This document shows positions 60,755 through 64,000 of a stretch of DNA of 64,000 nt, in pieces (the stretch's first letter is position 1; each line of letters starts with the position of its first letter). The stretch is from an uncultured delta proteobacterium. GTDB lineage: Bacteria > Desulfobacterota > Desulfobacteria > Desulfobacterales > QNYZ01. The stretch is taken from NCBI GenBank assembly GCA_963845145.1, contig CAWJQU010000008.1, forward strand, positions 32,001-96,000. Direction: 5' to 3'. The notes under the pieces are model-generated. The model did not search any database and had not been told where the DNA came from. It was given only the letters and a program-made list of their open reading frames with translations. A program made the translations under genes and the position numbers.

Positions 60755-61948
60755 TCATAGCGCTGGAAATTTTTTATTATAACAGTACACCGGAATTTCA
60801 TTAGGTACAGCTGCCAGACATCGATTGCAGGAAACGCAAGAAACCTTATCCATTTTGCCTTTTTTGATCTTATTCGCAAGAAAAGGCTCTCTTATAAATG
60901 GCCTCGACATGGATATAAAATCTGTATCGTTTTCTTCGACCACGCTTTCCATATGAGACACCGTGCGCATACCCCCAACCAATAACAACGGGGTATCACC
61001 CAAAACCGGCTTAATTATTTTAGCAGCCTCAAGATTGTAGCCTTCTTCGAGCCCATATTTACCTTCCAATTTGCGTATCATAAGGTGTCCGACGGGTTTT
61101 TCCCACCAGGCAAGGCTTTTGACTATCTCAGCTGTTGGCACATCACCCCGGCACATATTCATATACGAATAGTTCGACGTTCCGCAGCTCACTTCCACAC
61201 CGCCAATTCCCATTTCTGCTAACCATCCAGCATATTTTGCCGTCAAAGATGGCGTAATGCCCTCTTTTGGCGTATAGTCATTGGCGTTTAGCTTCACAAG
61301 AACTGGATAACCATCCGGTACCACCTTTTTTACCTCATGATATATTTCCTTTAAAAACCGAAATCGCCCTTCATCGCTACCCCCCCATGAATCGGTTCTA
61401 ATATTAAAAAAAGGTGATAAAAATTCGCTGATCAAATATCCATGAGCACCATGAAGTTGAATGCCATCTGCCCCGACGTCTACTGCCCGTTTAGCGGCAG
61501 CTCCAAAGGCAGAAATTATTTCCATGATTTGGTCTTCTGTCATTTCTTTAGGTTTTACGAAGTTCAGTGGGTCCCGGCCCCGGCTTGATGGTGCAAGAGG
61601 GATTTGCCCAACTATATCCTTTGTGGTTTGCCTCCCACAATGGGCCAATTGAAAGGCGATCTTGCCATCTGCTTTATGCACAGCACTTACTAATTTATTT
61701 AAGCCATCCATCATAGTGTCTTGATCAATTCCGGTTTGATATTTATAACCTCGGCCAGACGGATGAACGGACATCAGCCCTGTAATGCTCAACCCTACAC
61801 CGCCCTTGGCCAGTCTCTCGTATCTTTTGATGAGTTCATCACTGACTTCACCGGTTTTTTTGGACATGACTTCATAGGTAGCTGAACATACAAACCGATT
61901 GGGAATTTCAACATTTCCAATTTTCATTGGTGAGAAAAGTATCGACAT
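60755..61948 (-). CDS. NADH:flavin oxidoreductase (old yellow enzyme family)
   Basis: LFSPMKIG, QLAHCGRQ, DGIQLHGAHGYLISEFLSP..N.RTD.WGGS, SMSRPFIREP and CVSCNRC. Confidence 0.93.
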   Translation of the reverse strand: MSILFSPMKIGNVEIPNRFVCSATYEVMSKKTGEVSDELIKRYERLAKGGVGLSITGLMSVHPSGRGYKYQTGIDQDTMMDGLNKLVSAVHKADGKIAFQLAHCGRQTTKDIVGQIPLAPSSRGRDPLNFVKPKEMTEDQIMEIISAFGAAAKRAVDVGADGIQLHGAHGYLISEFLSPFFNIRTDSWGGSDEGRFRFLKEIYHEVKKVVPDGYPVLVKLNANDYTPKEGITPSLTAKYAGWLAEMGIGGVEVSCGTSNYSYMNMCRGDVPTAEIVKSLAWWEKPVGHLMIRKLEGKYGLEEGYNLEAAKIIKPVLGDTPLLLVGGMRTVSHMESVVEENDTDFISMSRPFIREPFLANKIKKGKMDKVSCVSCNRCLAAVPNEIPVYCYNKKFPAL

Positions 61949-62061
61949 TAGTGAGTTCCTTAATATCTATTCTGTAGAAATATTTTGGCACTAAAAGTCA
62001 TGTTTGGATATATTGAGATAAAGATGTTAAATCCCCTGATAAGTTCGCGCTGTTTGGACTC

Positions 62062-62166
62062 GTAACGTCCAAATGAGTTGCGAAATCGTCCCGTCAGGGT
62101 TGGCGTAATTCTTACGTATGCAAGAACTTATGCCAAAGATTTTGTCAACTCCATTTGTTTGTTATA
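62062..62166 (-). other. Integron attC-like site
   Basis: Minus strand: ttataac..aaatggagttg....caactcattt..gttacga; inner boxes pair with one extra-helical G. Confidence 0.55.
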
Positions 62167-62210
62167 AGTGCCGTTTAATTAAGGTCAACATATTCAATTA
62201 ACCAATCAAT

Positions 62211-63115
62211 TCAAGGTTCTGGTGATGTAATGACCAAGTTAAATAGTCCATTCGGCATACCGATTGATGAACCCTCTGCCTTTTTTAGATAGGTTTCTTC
62301 AATTTCATCCTTATTCAGATGACGGATTATTTTGTGCCCGCACACGTTTAAAAAATCCGCAATATCTTTCTCTTTCAATGAAAATGTAAATGGTTCATTT
62401 TTAAATTCATTTTTCATGGTTTTTAACATCTCTTTTGCACCATGGTATTTATGGATATCTTTGTCAGAAAAAGAAACAGCATAATCAAATGCCAAAAGAC
62501 TATCGGACGGTGAACATTGTTGAATAAATGTCAGTGTGTCTTTAACCGATTGCGCTTCGAGATACATGCTGACACCTTCCCATATAAAAAGGCTTCGTTT
62601 ATCCTTTTGATAACCGGCTGAAGTTAACGCGTTTTCCAATGACTGATTATTGAAATCGATAGTAGAAAACGTTAAATATTCAGGAATTATGATCTTGGTT
62701 TTTTCAGATATTTAATTTTTCGACTTTGAGTAGCGGCCATGTCCAATTCAATAATTCGACTGTGAATATTGAGACCTTCAAATCTGATTCCTCTTGAGTC
62801 GTAACCGGCACCCAGAAAGATAATCTGAGGGATGGATTCTTTTAAGGCCTGAGAAAATACTTCATCAAAAAATAGTGTTCTGGCAATTATATACTCATAA
62901 ACGCCTGGGGTTGATTCGTTCGCTTTTGTTTTACCTATTTCTCTGGCTTTTTCGCTTTTGATTAACAATCGAATAGGTAAGGGGAAAAAGTATTCAGCCA
63001 AATAATCCGGTCCCCATATTTGATTTTGAAAATCTTTATGGGCCCATGCACGTAACCAGGCGGTTCTAAATGCAGTTTTTGAAGGTTTTTCCCTTGAAAA
63101 CAGTTTAAACATCAT
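62211..63115 (-). CDS. LCM-like SAM-dependent methyltransferase (frameshifted)
   Basis: SKTA..TAWLRA, DYLA, ARTLFFD, QIIFLGAGYDSR, then LFIWEGVSMYL. Confidence 0.85.
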
Positions 63116-63233
63116 GTCCTCTTTAATTTGAGATTGAGCTACTTATACCAGTATAATTAGATGGATTAGTCATAGTGCGAAATTAATCGAACTTCGGTGG
63201 TAATTAACCTGATTTTTCACAAGACCGTTGGAA

Positions 63234-63629
63234 TTATCTGGGGTTAGATTTGAAATATTTTTGCACCCACTTTTCGGCACTTTTACGGTCTCGGAAAATT
63301 TCTACCCTGAACCCGTTGTCACCGATATAGGACTGATACATCCTGGACATACCATATTGGAGGTCTGAAGTTGAAATAAGCGCAACGATAAAATTTGGGT
63401 TGATCTCTGCGGCGGCTAAGTCCTGGCCTGCAATTATTCTAATTTCTTCAGCACTCACTCGAAATTCTTTGCATTTCGTTCTGTCAATTATCTGGTATCT
63501 TTGATTTGAAAAATTTTTATTACTATAAACCTCCTTATTTGCTTCAATGATGTCTGTCCCAGTTACGATACCTTGGCTAACAAACTCAACGCCAATACCA
63601 TTGTCAACAAATTTCAACTGAATAGGCAT
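63234..63629 (-). CDS. Hypothetical protein (STAS/SpoIIAA-like pattern)
   Basis: GGAGG RBS; VALIS..DLQYGMSRMY...EIFRDRKSAEKW. Confidence 0.6.
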   Translation of the reverse strand: MPIQLKFVDNGIGVEFVSQGIVTGTDIIEANKEVYSNKNFSNQRYQIIDRTKCKEFRVSAEEIRIIAGQDLAAAEINPNFIVALISTSDLQYGMSRMYQSYIGDNGFRVEIFRDRKSAEKWVQKYFKSNPR

Positions 63630-64000
63630 TTGTAAGTCCTCCAGCAGATATCATGCTTGGTTGACAAATATATTCTGACGAAACCTACAACCCTTAATCC
63701 CCCCTCACCTGCTCAAAATCATCTTCCCACACCCACGTGTGATATGGCGGGGGGAAGTCTTGCCAAGCGTCCTTGCCTTTTTCGGCCAGGTCCCTGAGAT
63801 TGATGAAACTCCGTAGATAGCATTAAGGATCATTTGGACCCGAGAGCGGTCTCAGCTAAGTTAATTGTGTTGGAATAACATTTAACTTAAGGAGTCCAAG
63901 TAATGACGCATGCCCAAATGATCCTTCATAGTATCTACGCTGCTTCAATTTAATCTCCAAGAATGATTAGCGAGCCAAGCACCACAAACAGTCTTAATAG

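Noticed and set aside
63130..63233. Additional attC site
   Set aside because: No convincing paired inner boxes or GTTRRRY core

Overview
This 64 kb bacterial window has the gene content and repeat types of an anaerobic deltaproteobacterium (Desulfobacterales-like; inference). From left to right: an RND efflux operon whose TolC carries an N-terminal binding-protein-like domain; an orphan solute-binding protein with two chemoreceptors and pldA; a housekeeping block (aat-clpA-clpS, secA, M23 peptidase, folD, argC, cooC-like) broken by many frameshifts that look like sequencing error; a small low-GC island beyond the 3' end of tRNA-Leu(CAG) with tandem paralogues, an attC-like site, a DDE IS and a toxin-antitoxin pair; and ribF-def-fmt-rsmB-malY-hydrolase-uvrD. 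The standout region is ~34.5-48.7 kb, an apparently unusual RiPP (ribosomal peptide) biosynthetic cluster. Its precursor is fused behind its own PqqD/RRE domain, carries a lasso-type leader (Y-17, P-14, I-12, T-2) and ends in an acid-free core GTGSSSSSSGGGHYWYPN. The cluster also encodes a lasso-B2-like transglutaminase peptidase, an ABC exporter, five radical SAM enzymes, an HPr-kinase-like protein fused to a degenerate nucleotidyltransferase, an intact nucleotidyltransferase and an adjacent U32-like Fe-S protein. No lasso cyclase is present in the window. The right end holds assorted metabolic genes, an IS200 element that appears to split a membrane gene, and low-GC cassette-like genes with an attC-like site. 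All calls come from motif recognition by eye; no database searches were run.
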